Assembly (NCBI RefSeq): GCF_006345805.1
Contig: NC_043007.1
Coordinates: 64,542,001 to 64,606,000, forward strand
DNA from: Octopus sinensis
Taxonomy: Eukaryota
Length of the DNA: 64,000 bases
Direction: 5' to 3'
The number at the start of each line of letters is the position of its first letter. Position 1 is the stretch's first letter. Below, piece by piece: positions 13,601-26,679 of the stretch. A program made the translations under genes and the position numbers. The notes below the pieces were generated by a model, which made no database searches, had not been told where the DNA came from, and was given only the letters and a program-made list of their open reading frames with translations.

Positions 13601-15790
13601 CTACATGTCTAAGAAATTGTGGAGGTACCAGCTGGTGAAGTACAAGGGTAGAACATACTGTTTGGCTTGGTAAAGATTCCATATGAGTTCAACATTGAAA
13701 ATCATGTTGATACTTCTCAAGGTGATCTTGGAGAAGGTAGCCAAGGTGGAGCAGGCTACTAGTTCTTACACAGATGACATTCTGGTAGATGAGAGTGTGG
13801 CATTGGCAGAGGAAATTATGGGTCATTTGACCTGAGGTTATAGGAGGAAGCACTGCACTGGGGCTCAACTCTAAAGAGATAAAGTGGGCAGGCTTGTGTT
13901 CTAGAGAGAAAATGAGATTCCAGACCTGAGCAAGGACATAGGTGAGAGCTGTTCTCAATATGTGGGAAACAGGTAGGACAATATCCTGTTGCAGGATGGC
14001 TGTTTGGCATGCAGCTACATCAAGAGGTGAGCTGAAGAAGTGATCTTGGGGAGACAAAGTGGAGAGGAGGCAGTTGCCATGATGTAAGATGTCTTAGAGA
14101 GAGGAAGAGTGGAGGACCCAGTAGAGGATAGCTGGTATGTGCCTGAAACAAAAAAAGGGATTGTATGATGTGATGCAAATAGCATAGCAATAGAAGTTAT
14201 TCTGGAAATGGGAGGTGTTGAGGTGGAAGATGCTGCATGATTCAGGAAGAAGGATGACTACAACCACATCAATGTAGCTGAATTGGATGTTGTGTTGAAT
14301 AGTGTAAAGTTGGTACTGAGATGGAGACTATGTACTGTCAAGGTTCAGACCTATTCAGCTATGGTACAAGGGTGAGTGGCATTGGTAATCACCAACCAGA
14401 AGAGAATCCCAACAAAAGGGTCTGCAAAAATGAAAATCAAGCACCACCTGGGAATCCTGTGAGAACTGGCTACTGACTTTGGTCTGAAGCTGAATGTAGT
14501 TTTTGTGTCTTCAGAAAAAAATAAGGCAGATGCTCTTACCAGAGTAGGAAATCCCTGGTTGGAAAAAGTGGAGGATTCTCTGAGTGGAGTGGCTGTAACA
14601 AATTGGTTCGAGAGCCCAGAAATGATGAGGGTGCATAATATGTATCATATGGGAGTGGACAGGACCTTGTTTTTGATCAGGAAAGTTGACCCTGATGTCA
14701 TCAGGAGAGTATTTGGAAGGTGTTCAGGAGTAGTGTCACCGATCCTGCACCAAGTGTGCATGAAACAGGGAAGATTCAAGTGGAGAAAGACTGGAAGAGG
14801 TTTCCAATAGATGTGATGCACTATCAAGGAAGGTTGTAGCTTTCAATGGTTGACTGAGAGCCAGGGCAGATGGTGGTATGGAAGGAAATCAGGATGGGGA
14901 CTGTGGCTGAAATTGCAGGGTTGCTGAATACAGTACTCCTGGAAAGAGGCCAGTGGATGAACTGTTGATGGTACAGTATTTCAATTGAGGCAGTTGAAAG
15001 AAATGCTCAAAAGATGAAATATCAAATGTTTCTTGAGGGCTGCTTATAGGCCAAATGGAAATAGAATTATGGAACAACATCATCACTAAGCCCTCAAGGG
15101 GAAGAAACCTCTCCCACTGAGGCAGTTTTTTGGTATAATATGTTGCCCAAGGCAGGGCAAGCTGAGGAGTCAATTCTATGAAAAGCTGTGTTCATGTATG
15201 AATGGAGACACCTGAGCATGATAACACAGTGGTTCAAAGAAAATGAAGAGTCGGCATCAGTTTAGATCAAGGATGAAGTGCGGGTGAAACCACTAGATGC
15301 ACAGTGCATGGCCCGGTAGGGAGAGGAAGAATGACTGTAATGAACTCATATAATAACATGTCAATTGATGGAATGTTGTGCCACATCTTAGAGAGAGAGA
15401 GGCTTCCCCATGACCTTGCAAAGATCACAAAAGGACAGTTGATCACCCTGGTGGAGGGATAACTTCAAAAGGGAATGAAAGGACTGTAATCAAGGGGTGA
15501 AGGGACCAAAAGCAAGAGAGAAAGGGAAACATCAGGACTGTAAGTGATGGAGGAAGTGAGATTATGCAGAGAAGTGGGTTATTCAATCTCTATCTTTTCT
15601 TCATTGGATTTGAGGGGATTAGCAGTGCGAAGCAAATACAGGGAAAGAGTGGATTCTGACCAGAAGTTGGGTAGCGTAAGCATTTAAGTTTGTGTAATAA
15701 GTTTTTCCTGATCCTGGTGGAGAGTAGTTTTCCTCTCTGTTTGAAGTTTGTCATAAGGTAAACATATTTTACATTTGCCATCCCATCTAC
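10650..15790 (+). mobile_element. Decayed Ty3/gypsy LTR retrotransposon, interrupted by an RTE LINE
   Basis: Gag (DDMVAWIKIVKL...PLYLKGSALNLYL; decayed double zinc knuckle at 11146-11418). RT (MAVAHATKNKV*SVLDF*ELN at ~13410; YTDDILV at ~13768). RNase H (HINVAELD; NKADALTRV). Integrase start (MGVDRTL). No paired LTRs recognised; edges approximate. Confidence 0.75.
11595..13377 (+). mobile_element. 5'-truncated RTE LINE inserted in the gypsy pol region
   Basis: QFDFVPRRSTTDAIFIVRQLQEKYLAKNKPLYLAFVDLEK, YVDDL, GRGRPRKTWD; 3' UTR and (GAT)n tail at 13340-13377. Confidence 0.92.
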
Positions 15791-16904
15791 ACAGAAGTTA
15801 TGTATATTACTACCACATTAATTATCCTAATATCACACCTCTAAATTGTGTTAGTATGGAACTACTTTCATAAATTGTGGTTGAAATATTTTGAAGCAGA
15901 TAAGCAATAGATTTGAAATTTGAGATAACTTAAGAACAAAATGTGTCAGACTACTTGTTCCCAGTATACAGCTGAGATTTAGAATTTCAGGCTTGAATTG
16001 AAAGTGCTAAAATGATTGTTAATCACTGATTAAAGTCTAGCACACTACAAATGTGTTTTAACACTTACAATAACTTCCTAGTTATATACTTATGGAATTG
16101 AGCAGAAGGAGATAAATCTATCACAACTAACATTACTGCTATGAATTCCTAAATTGATGTGTGTTGATTTAAGTTCAGAGACTAACAAAACACCCTCTTA
16201 AGATTTTAACTCAATACTTTTGAACTGTTAACCAAATACATCCATATAACCATTGCATTTATATTTTGCACTCCAGTGTAAACTATTCTCCATCTCATTT
16301 CATTTTAAATGAAATGAGGTGGAGAATAGTTGCTTTGTAAAGCAATTGTTGTAGCTGTTATTTAGCCCAAAGTCAACTCTGACTGAGAAGACTTATGATC
16401 TGAGATGTTTTGGCCTTGACTATTCTGCTTTTTTTAATATATCCAAGACTACAGTGTGTACTTCTTCTTTGTAAAATAGTACGTGTAATTCCAGAGAGAT
16501 TTAACTTCCAATTTTAATAGGCCAAGCAACCAGGTAGCGGTTTTCTCATTGGTTGGAGAAAGTTTTTCTTATTGCTTTAGTCAATTTGGAGTGAAAGCAA
16601 AACAACCAGAACTCATCATCACTTTCACTACCATTTATCAACAGCTGCAGCAGTTAAATGTTTTCTAATTTGGCTTATGTTACACTGGTCTGCAATATAT
16701 ATACCTCAAATGTCTTTGTCTTGTCTTGTCTTCAAATCCCAGTATTCTCATACCTGATCCAATCACCTTATCCTGAATGTTTTTTGCTGGTTCCTAATTT
16801 GTCTGCTTGATACTCCATCTTACAGTACATTTTCCTCCAAAATTTGAATCATGTGTGTGCATACAATAAAGAAAATAAAAATAAAATCTGTTTATAATAC
16901 CTAC

Positions 16905-17223
16905 CTTGATTAGTGGGTGTTACTGCATTTTCATCAACTTCTATTTTATCTCCAAACTTTCCATTTCCAATGATTGCGTGACCATCTAATAATGTTTTTT
17001 TACCATTCACATCTATTTTTGGTAGCTCAGCTATGTTCGCTGGTCTTTTCTTATTAAAAGTGTGCTTTGCACATTTCAATAGACTCATTTTAACCCAATG
17101 TGAGAATCTGACAATTCTGTCAATAGCTTCTTGTAATTTATTGGGTTCATCATCTGATTTTGAACTTTGAAGGCTTTCGGCACCAAATGAGGATAAGAGC
17201 AATGCAAGAAATAGGTTGAGTAC
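16905..17223 (-). CDS. Nav1: Nav1 exon, DII-S6 C-terminal half plus start of II-III linker (319 nt, phase 0-1)
   Basis: Acceptor cacttccag|GTA, donor CAA G|gtaggt. Encodes VLNLFLALLLSSFGAESLQSSKSDDEPNKLQEAIDRIVRF...TPTNQ. Confidence 0.96.
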
Positions 17224-18541
17224 CTGGAAGTGTCAAAATATGGTTACTCATAAAAAATGGAAAAGAGAACAGTTAGAAAGATAGATTTCTTACCACATCT
17301 TTAAACAATAAATGTTGAGGAAAGTTGGGATGAAACTATATCCCTAGTGATTCTGAAGGATAAAAGAAATATTGACACTAGAACAATTTGTATTTAGAAT
17401 AGTATTGTAGACACAGTGAAGCAGCTTGTCTAGACAGTACCTAATATAAAGTCTCTTGAGGAAGGACAGAAATTGTAAAAGCATGAGCTATTTACTGCAC
17501 TTAGTTGCATCTCTCAACATAATGTTGACAGATGCACCTAAATTTGAATCCCACTTGGAGCAACTTTGTCTTTCAATCTTCTAAGGTAGAAGAAAATAAG
17601 TACCAATCATAAAAGAAGATCAACACTCAATTGAAAACAACACTCTCCTTTAGATTGGCCTTGTACCAATGTCAATAAAAATATACCTGTAACACACTAG
17701 TATATCAGCAACACACAAGTTACCTCTCCTTTTACAATGTTTGTAAAACTTTTCTTTTAATGGTGCTGTCTGATTTATATTGAGCAATATCTTATGAGAA
17801 CCACAGCTACAAAAAGAGTGTTTATACCATGTTAACCAGTAGTATTTGAATTGAATGTTACATGTTTTCTTATCACCTCTGTAACTGATGGTGGTGAGTA
17901 AGCTTGTCAATCAGTTGGGTTTTTGAGACATCCCCAAAGCACCAATTTTCATGGAGGGGGAGAGAGAGAGAGCATGTGCTGTAAAACCGAAAACATGATC
18001 TTGGGAGTGTTAGATGTATAAGTAATATATTAATGGTTAAGAAGGTCGGAAATGGGGTATACAGTTACTTGCATTCATGAATTCAGGGAAATGTTACTAA
18101 GGAATAGGAAATTTATTAGCTTTTTAAGAATAGGAGGTAATTCTGGAAACATTATTTAGCATAATGGTTGGGGTGTAGTCTGCCCTAATGACTTGGCTTT
18201 ACTATGAAAGCCAAACTATTTAATAAACTTAGTGTTTAGGTATTCATGAATTAACAGAAGAAATTCGCATCAAAGTTTGTTGTGTTAAAAGCAGAGCTGT
18301 AAGCAAAGAAATTAACAGAGCATACAAGCTATTTCAATTTATTTTTCCATCTATCAATATTCCAATTCTTTATTTTCACAAAGTTGTATTATCTACTATT
18401 TTCTCAACTTGGATTCATTTGCATTTATATATATTGTTGTGATAAGAGTTATGACACTCCCTTGCAAGAGATAGGCTGGTCCAAGTAAAGTATAAATAGT
18501 AACGATCTGAGTAAGTTCAGAGTTTGGAGTTGAGTGAAGTT

Positions 18542-20200
18542 GTTTGCAGTCATAAATTTGTTGTACTAAAAGTTAGCTAATGTTTAAAGTTGCTGTTAAA
18601 ATTATTGTTGGTTAAATTGTTAGTTGTTTCTGTGCTGCTTTAGCAGCAGTTTAAAGTTGTGCTTTCTCTTGATAGTACCGAGAAATAAGCAACAAGAATG
18701 TACTATTTGGAACTTAGTGGTTCAGAATTTTCCTCTTTGGAGGAGGAGTTGGTTCATGCCATCGAAGGGGGGATGAAGTTCTGGGGAAGAAAAGTTTTGC
18801 AGAGGCGGTGGAGGTGAGGAAGAGGGAGTAGACCTCTTCAACATCGAAAGTTACAGTAAAATGGGAAATAGAGTAGGTGGTGACATTAAGCTGTCACCAC
18901 CCCTGAAGAAAATGGAACAGATTGACAGAAAAACTGTGATATACAAAGTATACTCGATGGAAAACAGGAGAATTGAACATGTGGAAGAAAGGATCATTGA
19001 AAAGGCATTGTGCTTGGTCTGTCCAGACATTATGTATCTGACCAGAGGGAGTAAATTTGATCCATAATAGTATTATTCAAGTTGAAACCAAAAGCAATAG
19101 AGAAAGCAATGAGAACAATAAAAACAAATAAAGTGGTCCATCTACCCACATATATGGGAAGAAGGACGTCAAGGATAAGAGTGGAGGGAGTTCCACCAGA
19201 AATTGATGTGGCTTGGGTCATGGCGACTATTCTCCTGGGTAGCAAGAAGGAGGTGGCCATCCTCCAAGCCACAAAAATGGACGGCTCAGTGTGGAAGAGA
19301 CAGACGGTCAACCTGATTTTACAAAGCTGTGGTGGAGACACTGGAAAATTTGGCGGAGACTGTGTCAATTGGTGAACTGGTATTGAAAGTGTGGGTGGAG
19401 GGCAGGACTCCTTGCTGTTTTAAATGTGGCCAAAAAAGGCCACATTAGAGCACACTGCCCTCTACAAAAGTGAACAATAGAAGAAATACCAGGAAAGAAG
19501 CTAGAGGAGGAAAAAGAAAAAGAAGAAGAAAGAGAGGAAGAATGGAGTAGCAGATGACAAAAGGAAGAAGAGAAATAAGTGTAGTGCGGAACCCCAAACT
19601 TTGCCCGCACCACCCATACCCTCTGAGACCCACCCTCTTCCTACAAACACCGAACCTACCCATTCCTCTCCTAGACAAGCTAAAAAGAAAAAAGAATCAC
19701 AGACACAACAAAGCACAAAAGATTCCTATCCCCATAAAGTAAACTACACTTGCATTATGACGGACGAGGACAATAAGGAACTAATCGGGATGGTAACGAG
19801 TTGGAAGACAGCAAAGTTTGTGAGTACAGATGGTTATCAGGATAAAATAGGGTGGAATATATGCATGCTATTTTCAGAAGGACAGATGGAACAAGTGAAG
19901 AAACATAAACAAGGTTTGAAATATTGGGAAATATATACAGACATTAAAAATATACCAGATAACATACAATGTGAAGAACTACTACTGAAATATGGTATCG
20001 ATGTGATAAAGGGATTCACACAGAAGTAAGTATTGCTGCTCAATGTGGGGTGGATAGCACATTTCCATATTTTCATTTTCATTTCATATAATCATATTTA
20101 TAATTTTATTTAAATTTTGTTTTTTATTTTGTGTTATATGTCCCCACATGTACATGTATCGTCGCCTCTTTGTTGGCCCCTTGTGGGTAATAAAGAAACA
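18542..20200 (+). mobile_element. ORF1-only non-LTR-type retroelement with 21-bp TSD
   Basis: TSD agtttggagttgagtgaagtt (18521-18541) / agttcggagttgagtgaagtt (20201-20221). Frameshifted ORF1-like reading frame ~18698-20029 with a CCHC knuckle (CFKCGQK-GHIRAHC at ~19415-19460). 3' end ...gtgggtAATAAAgaaaca. No EN/RT sequence. Confidence 0.85.
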
Positions 20201-20377
20201 AGTTCGGAGTTGAGTGAAGTTTGTGTTAGTTCACAGTGAAGTCGGAATGTGTCACTTGGTTAGTTCACAAGGAAAATTGATTGTTGGTTCGTTAAGAGAT
20301 TTGTTAGTTCATTACATTGTTTTTACTGTTGTCTGGTTATCTTATCTATTGTATGTAACAAATTATGTTACAACATC

Positions 20378-20388
20378 TGGTGACGAGG
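20378..20388 (+). promoter_or_regulatory. Primer-binding site of the gypsy element
   Basis: TGGTGACGAGG begins 2 nt after the terminal CA of the 5' LTR (20374-20375). Confidence 0.7.
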
Positions 20389-20445
20389 GTTTCAAAGCTC
20401 ACATACATTATTTAACAATTTGTTTGTGATACAAATTGTTAAATA

Positions 20446-23400
20446 ATGGAAGACCTATCAACTTCCATAGTACAGTTGCAAAAAGCAACAACAAGAGGAG
20501 TGACAGGAGTTGCAGAAGTAACTATTACAGCAACAACTACAACAATGATTTTTAGAGCTATATTCAAAGAAGTCCGAAAATGAGGTAAGTTTGATTTCGC
20601 CAGACAGCATTTTAAACTCAATTAATGAATTCACTTATTACCCAGAGGAGGCTGTAACTTTTGCATCATACTACAGAAGGTATAAGTAGATTTTTAAGCA
20701 AGATTGCAAATCATGGTTGGACGAACAAAAAGTGAGACTGTTATTGCAAAAATTAGTTCTGTTAGAGTATGAATGTTACTGTATTTTCATATTGCCCAAA
20801 AAACCCAATGAAATTTGTTTTAAAGAAACAATAGAATTACTGTTTAACATATTTGGTGATAAAACTTCTCTATTGGAGCATTGGATTATAACGGAAAATG
20901 AGAATGGTGATTTTATCACATATGCAAGAACTGTCAACAGGATGTGTGAAATTTTAAACTCAAAGAACTTACACCTGAGATGTTCAAGTGTCTTATTTTC
21001 ATACAAGGTCTTACAGCAAGTGAAGGTACAGAAATTCGGGCAAGAATTCTTTCTAAATTGGAACAAGCAAACCAAGATTTAACCTTACAGTCTGTGGCAA
21101 AAGAATGCCAAAAGATGGTAAACCTGAAAGACAATGTTGAAAATTTCAAGAAAAGGATTCCTCAAAGATACAGATATGCCGACCAGAAAAGTACAACTAT
21201 AAAAGAGCACCACGTCCTAATCCATGTTATAGGAGCGGCGGGGGATAGGGGGGGGGGTCGGAATACATTTAAGAAAAGATTGTTCATTTAAAAATCCAAA
21301 ATGTTACAGTTGCAAAAGAATTGGTCACAAAAGATCACACTGCAGAACAAAATTATGAAGGTCAAACATTAAAAATCCTAGGGTGCTCTCAGCAGAAACA
21401 AAAATTGATCCCCCCCCCCACCAAATTCGAACATGTAAAAATAAATGGATTGCATATTAAACTTCAATTAGATACTAGAAGTGATATTTCAATAATAATA
21501 TGGACACATGGAAGAAAATAGGGAAACCTATGTTAAGAAAAACAGCAAAATCTGCTTGTAATGTGATGGGTGACAAATTACATTTCATAGGCGAAATGTG
21601 GACTAATGTCACATTTCAGGGGAAAACATGCAAAGCGAAAGTGTTTGTCATTAAAAATGCAACTGATCTGTTTGGTACCGATTGGTTTGAATTATTTGAT
21701 TTATGGGACCTCCCCATAAATCTCTACTGTAAAAACGTAAATGGTTGTACCTCTAAAAATAATTTGCCTGGAGAGTTATAGAGAAAATTTTTTTAAAATG
21801 TTCCTGCAAATACTCACAAACAAGGTCTATGTACAAAGACTGAAGCATGTTTTGAATTAGATGATAATGTTACACTTATGTTCAAGTCTAATAGGAAAGA
21901 GCCTTTTGCGGCAATAAAGCAAGTGGCTGATGAGTTGGACAGATTGAAAAAAAAAAACAGAATCATTGAAAAAGTGATTATATGAAATGGGCTGTTCCGA
22001 CTGTATGTATAAAAAAGAAAAATAACAAAATTAGGTTGTGTGCTAATTTTTCAACTGGTTTAAATGACTATTTAAAAATGAATCATTATCCACTACTCAC
22101 CCCAGAAGATATTTTTACAAAACTAAACAGAGGAAAAATATTTTCAAAACTGATCTGTCTGATTTAAATTTAAAAATCAAAGTAGATAAAAAATGCTCAA
22201 AGCTGTTAACAGTCAACACACAGAGAGGTCTATACAAATACAATAGACTACCTTTTGGACTGAAGGTAGCACCTGCAATATTTCAACAGGTGATGGACAT
22301 GATGTTGGCATACTGTCAATTTGTTACTCCTTACCTTGATGGCGTGTTAAAAACGAATTGATGAATGAGCATATCAAGCATGTGAAGTGTGTCTTTAAAA
22401 AATTAAGGATTATAGTTGCACACTCAGTGAAGTGTGAATTTTTTTTGCCTAAAATCAAATACCTAGGTCAAATCATAGATAAGAATGGAAAATGTCCTGA
22501 TCCGTTGGGGGCAGATGTAATCAAGAATATGCCTTCTCCAATGAATAGACTGACATTACAAGCTTTCTTTGGCTTAGTAAATTACTATCAACACTACATT
22601 CGGAATATACATAAATTGAGAGCACCATTAAACGATTTATTAAAAAAGAAGTAAAATGGAATTGGTCAGTAAAGTACCAAAATGCATTTGGAGGCATAAA
22701 GAAAATACTAATTTCTGACTTATCACTAATGCATTTCGACTCTAGATTGGACATTGTTGAAGCATCTGATGCTTCGGAGTATGGAATAGGAGCAGTCTTG
22801 CTACACAAGTATAAAGATGGAAATATGAAGCCAGTTGTTCATTCTTCATGTTCGCTGATAGCAGCAGAAAAAAAAGTATAGTCAGACACAGAAGGAGGCT
22901 CTATTGATTACTTTTGTGGTAAAAAAATTTCACAAATTTCTACATGGTAGAAGTTTTTTTTATTACAAACCAACCATCAACCATTACTATCAAGTTTTGG
23001 ATCAAAGAAGGGATTGCCTACCCATACAGCAAACCGACTGCAATGCTGGGGTACAATGTTGCTGAACTACAATTTCAAGATGCAGTATATTCCCTTGAAA
23101 AATATTGGTCATGCAGACTGTTTATCAAAGCTAATTCCCAAGTGCATGGAACCATTAAAAGAGACTGTGATAGCATCATTGCAGTCAGGAAATGAAGTAA
23201 GGAGCATTGTGTATAATATAATCCGGGAACTGTCAGTGACAGCACATGATATAAAAATGAAATCTGTAGAGGATAGTTACATTACAAGAATGAAAGAAAC
23301 ATTGAAAAATAAGCATAATAAAAATACAAATTCAAATAATTTATCACTATGCAACAATGTCTTAATGTACGTGCAGAGACTAGTAGTACCAAGTGCACTA

Positions 23401-24317
23401 TAGAAATGAGTTTTACAACAATTCCATTGTGGACACCAGGGAATGTCCTGAATGAAAGCTTTAATGAGGAGCTGTGTATATTGGCCGACTATGGACAAAG
23501 ACATAGAGACATTGGTGAAAGCATATAGAGGTTGCACATTGGCGAGACTGAGAACCTATGATTCAGGATACATATCGACTATGGTGGACCAGTGAACGGC
23601 GCATACTATCTAATCATTGTGGATAGCTATACAAAGCAGTCAAAGGTATGCAGATGTAATATACCCACAGCAATGACAACAATAAAGTTCCTACTCGAGT
23701 TATTTGCTTGAAACAGTGTTCTAGACATATTGGTTTCAGATAATGGAACACAATTCATGGGATATGAATTAAGAAAGTTTTGCAAAATACATGCCATAAA
23801 GCACATCTTTATCCTGCCCTGCCACTCGAGGTCAAATGGGCAGGTGGAAAGATTTGCCAACCTGTTCAATTCAGGAAAGTCACCAGTAGAGCTAATGTTT
23901 GTGCATAAAATAAGATCGATCTTCGATGAATTATTGCCAGGAAAAAATACATATAAAGGAAAGACAAAAAATGCATTTGAAGGAAATACAAGAAATATTA
24001 CAAAATATTTCGAAGAAGGAGATAACGTTTATTTTAAAAATTACAAAAATGGTAAAGAAGGTTGGGAGGATGACTGTGTAATCAAAAGATTAGGTAACAT
24101 GATGTATTTAATTAAAGGACAACGTTTGGAACATAAGAGACACCTTAACCAGTTAAAGATGAGACATACAGAAGAACAAAGAGTAATACCAATGGACGTC
24201 TTCTATGATATGTTTGAAGTGCCAGCACTGAGAGATAATAAACCCTGTAGAACTAGCTTCAGAAAACGAAAACAGACTGAATATCTGGAAGTAATACCTA
24301 AACGAAAAAGATATTAA
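20446..24317 (+). pseudogene. gag-pol of the gypsy element, multiple stops and frameshifts
   Basis: Gag EFTYYPEEAVTFASYYRRY...WLDEQKVRLLLQKL; protease LQLDTRSDISII; RT KIRLCANFSTGLND; RNase H ASDASEYGIGAVL; integrase GHQG and VSDNGTQF. Confidence 0.9.
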
Positions 24318-24406
24318 ATTTTCAAAAAAAAAAAAAAAAGGAGAGGTGCTGGAAAGAAAAAAAAAAATACCGCTTCCTCACACTAATTGAAATCTCGAAA
24401 GAGAAA

Positions 24407-24641
24407 TGTGATGAGATTTACGATACCTCCTTGCAAGAGATAGACTGGTCTGAGTAAAGTATAAATAGTAATAACCCGAGTAAGTTCAGAGTTTGGAGTC
24501 AAGTGATGTTCGTGTTAGTTTGCAGTGAAGTGAGAAGGTGTCAGTTGGTTAGTTCACAAGGAATATTGATTGTTAGTTCGTTACATTGTTTTTACTCTTG
24601 TCTGGTTATCTTATTTATTGTATGTAATAAATAACATTACA
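24407..24641 (+). repeat. 3' LTR of the gypsy element
   Basis: Aligns with 18438-18541 joined to 20222-20375; preceded by a purine run (gaaagagaaa); contains TATAAATA. Confidence 0.85.
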
Positions 24642-24825
24642 GTACATGCACACACATATATGGTCAATTCAAGGATATCTTATCCTCATTAGGGATTAAT
24701 AAATCCAAAATTTCACTGGTTTAATCTCCATCACATTAGAAGAAAATTTCTGATGCATTATGGATTATTATATTAGGTAAAATTAATAATGTAAGAAAAT
24801 GGAGAGTTAAAGACATATAGTTAAT

Positions 24826-26345
24826 TTATTTGTGGTTTTGTGCCAGGGAGAAGCACCACTGATGCTATATTTCTGGTAAGAGGAGAAATACCTGGCCAAA
24901 GATAAACCTCTGTACTTGGCCTTTGTTGACTTGGAGAAAGCCTTTGACAAGGTCCTCCAATCCCTTATCTAGTGGTCAATGTAGAAACTGGGGATAGCTG
25001 AGTGGTTGGTAAGAGCTGTACAAGCCATGTACAGGGATGCTACCAGTAAGTGAGGGTTGGCAATAAGTAGAGCAAAGAATTCAGGGTACAAGTAGGGGTT
25101 CGTCAAGGATCTGTGCTCAGCTTTCTCTTGTTTATCATAGCCCTCCAGGAAATAACAGAGGAATTTAAGACAGACTTCCCCTGGGAGCTCCTCTATGCAG
25201 ATGATCTTGCTCTTATAGGTGAATCACTACCAGAACTAGAGAAGTTTCAGGTATGGAAGAAAGGTCTAAAATCGAAGGGCCTTAGAGTTAACCTAGCAAA
25301 AACCAAAGTCTTAGTAAGTAGGAAGCAGACAAATCACAAATCCCTTCAGGTATATGGCCCTGCTGAATCTGTAGAAAAGGCATAGGTAGAAACTCCATAA
25401 GATGTAACTAGTGCAAGCTTTAGACACATAAGAGATGCAGCAATATCAGAGGATACCAGCTTTTGTATGTGGAAGATGCACAAGTACAATAAACGCTGAA
25501 AATATGCAGAAAATAGACTCCATCAACTGCCAGGGGGATAAACTAGAGGTAGTAGATAGCTTCCATTATCTAGGTGACCAAGTTAGTAGTGGAGGGGATG
25601 CTTTGAGAGCATAGCTGTGAGAATAAAATTAGGCTAGGCAAAGTTTAGAGAACTCCTACTTCTGCTGGCAACAAAGGGCCTCTCTCTCAGAGTGAAAGGT
25701 AAATTGTATGATGCTGTGTGTGAACAGTCATGCTACATGGCAGTGAAACATGGGCTGTGACAGCAATGGACATGCATAGGCTTGAAAGAAAGGAAGCCAG
25801 TATGCTTTGCTGGATGTGCAATGTCAGTATGCATGTTTGACAGTGTGTAAGCATCTTGAGAGAAAAATTAGGCATAAGAGGCATCAAATATGGTGTGCAA
25901 GAGAGATGACTGTACTGGTATGGTCATGTGATGCATATGAATGGGGACAGCTGTGTAAAGAAGTGCCAGTTTCTAACTGTCGAGGGTACCTGTAGTAGAG
26001 GTAGACCCAGAAAAACATGGGAAGAAGTGGTGAAGTATGATCTTTGAACTTTGAGCTTCACAGAGGCAATGACTAGTGACCTCATGGAGGCAATAACTGA
26101 GACCTTTGGCATTAGGTCATGCTTGAGAAGTAGACCCATCAAACCCATTGAGCAACATTGCAGCCATGACAGATACCGGTGTCAAGCAATTGTCACCCAT
26201 ACTGGTGGCATGTAAAAGCACCCATTACACTTTTGGAGTGGTTAGCGTTAGGAAGGGCATCCAACTGTAAAAACGATGCCAAATAAGACTGGAGTCTGGT
26301 GCAGCCTCCAAGCTTACCAGCCCTGGTCAAACTATCCAACCCATC
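24826..26345 (+). mobile_element. 5'-truncated RTE LINE
   Basis: GFVPGRSTTDAIF..., PWELLYADDLALI, shared 3' UTR (gagtggttagcgttaggaagggcatcc). Confidence 0.92.
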
Positions 26346-26679
26346 AGTTCATTTATTTATATACCTAGAAAATGCATATTATGTATTTATCTGATAAGTA
26401 CTATGTGTATTATGTCATTGACTTGCATTTAGTTAAAGAAAAAGGCGAACGGAATAGTTTATAAACCTGTTAGTTCATTTAAATATCTTACTGGGATTTC
26501 TTATAAAACTTAATTATTCATATAACTGTTAAAAGTTATATTAACTTATAATGTCTATTTATGATAAATTTATCTATTATGTAATACAACTGGATACAGT
26601 TAAGTAAAATAAAATAAGTTAATCGTGTTTTTATGTATATTAAATGTTTATAAATGTTTAAAAACAGTAAATGGTTAAT

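Larger units (their letters stand above)
18438..24641 (+). mobile_element. Ty3/gypsy LTR retrotransposon (Mag/CER-like gag), two LTRs, decayed
   Basis: 5' LTR 18438-20375 (split by an insertion) and 3' LTR 24407-24641 are colinear (first 31 nt 25/31 identical), both TG...CA. PBS follows the 5' LTR. Domain order gag-PR-RT-RH-IN. TSD not resolved. Confidence 0.92.

Noticed and set aside
16752-16793. AG...GT-bounded 40-nt segment as an extra II-III linker exon
   Set aside because: It has an in-frame TAA in the required phase and a weak pyrimidine tract.
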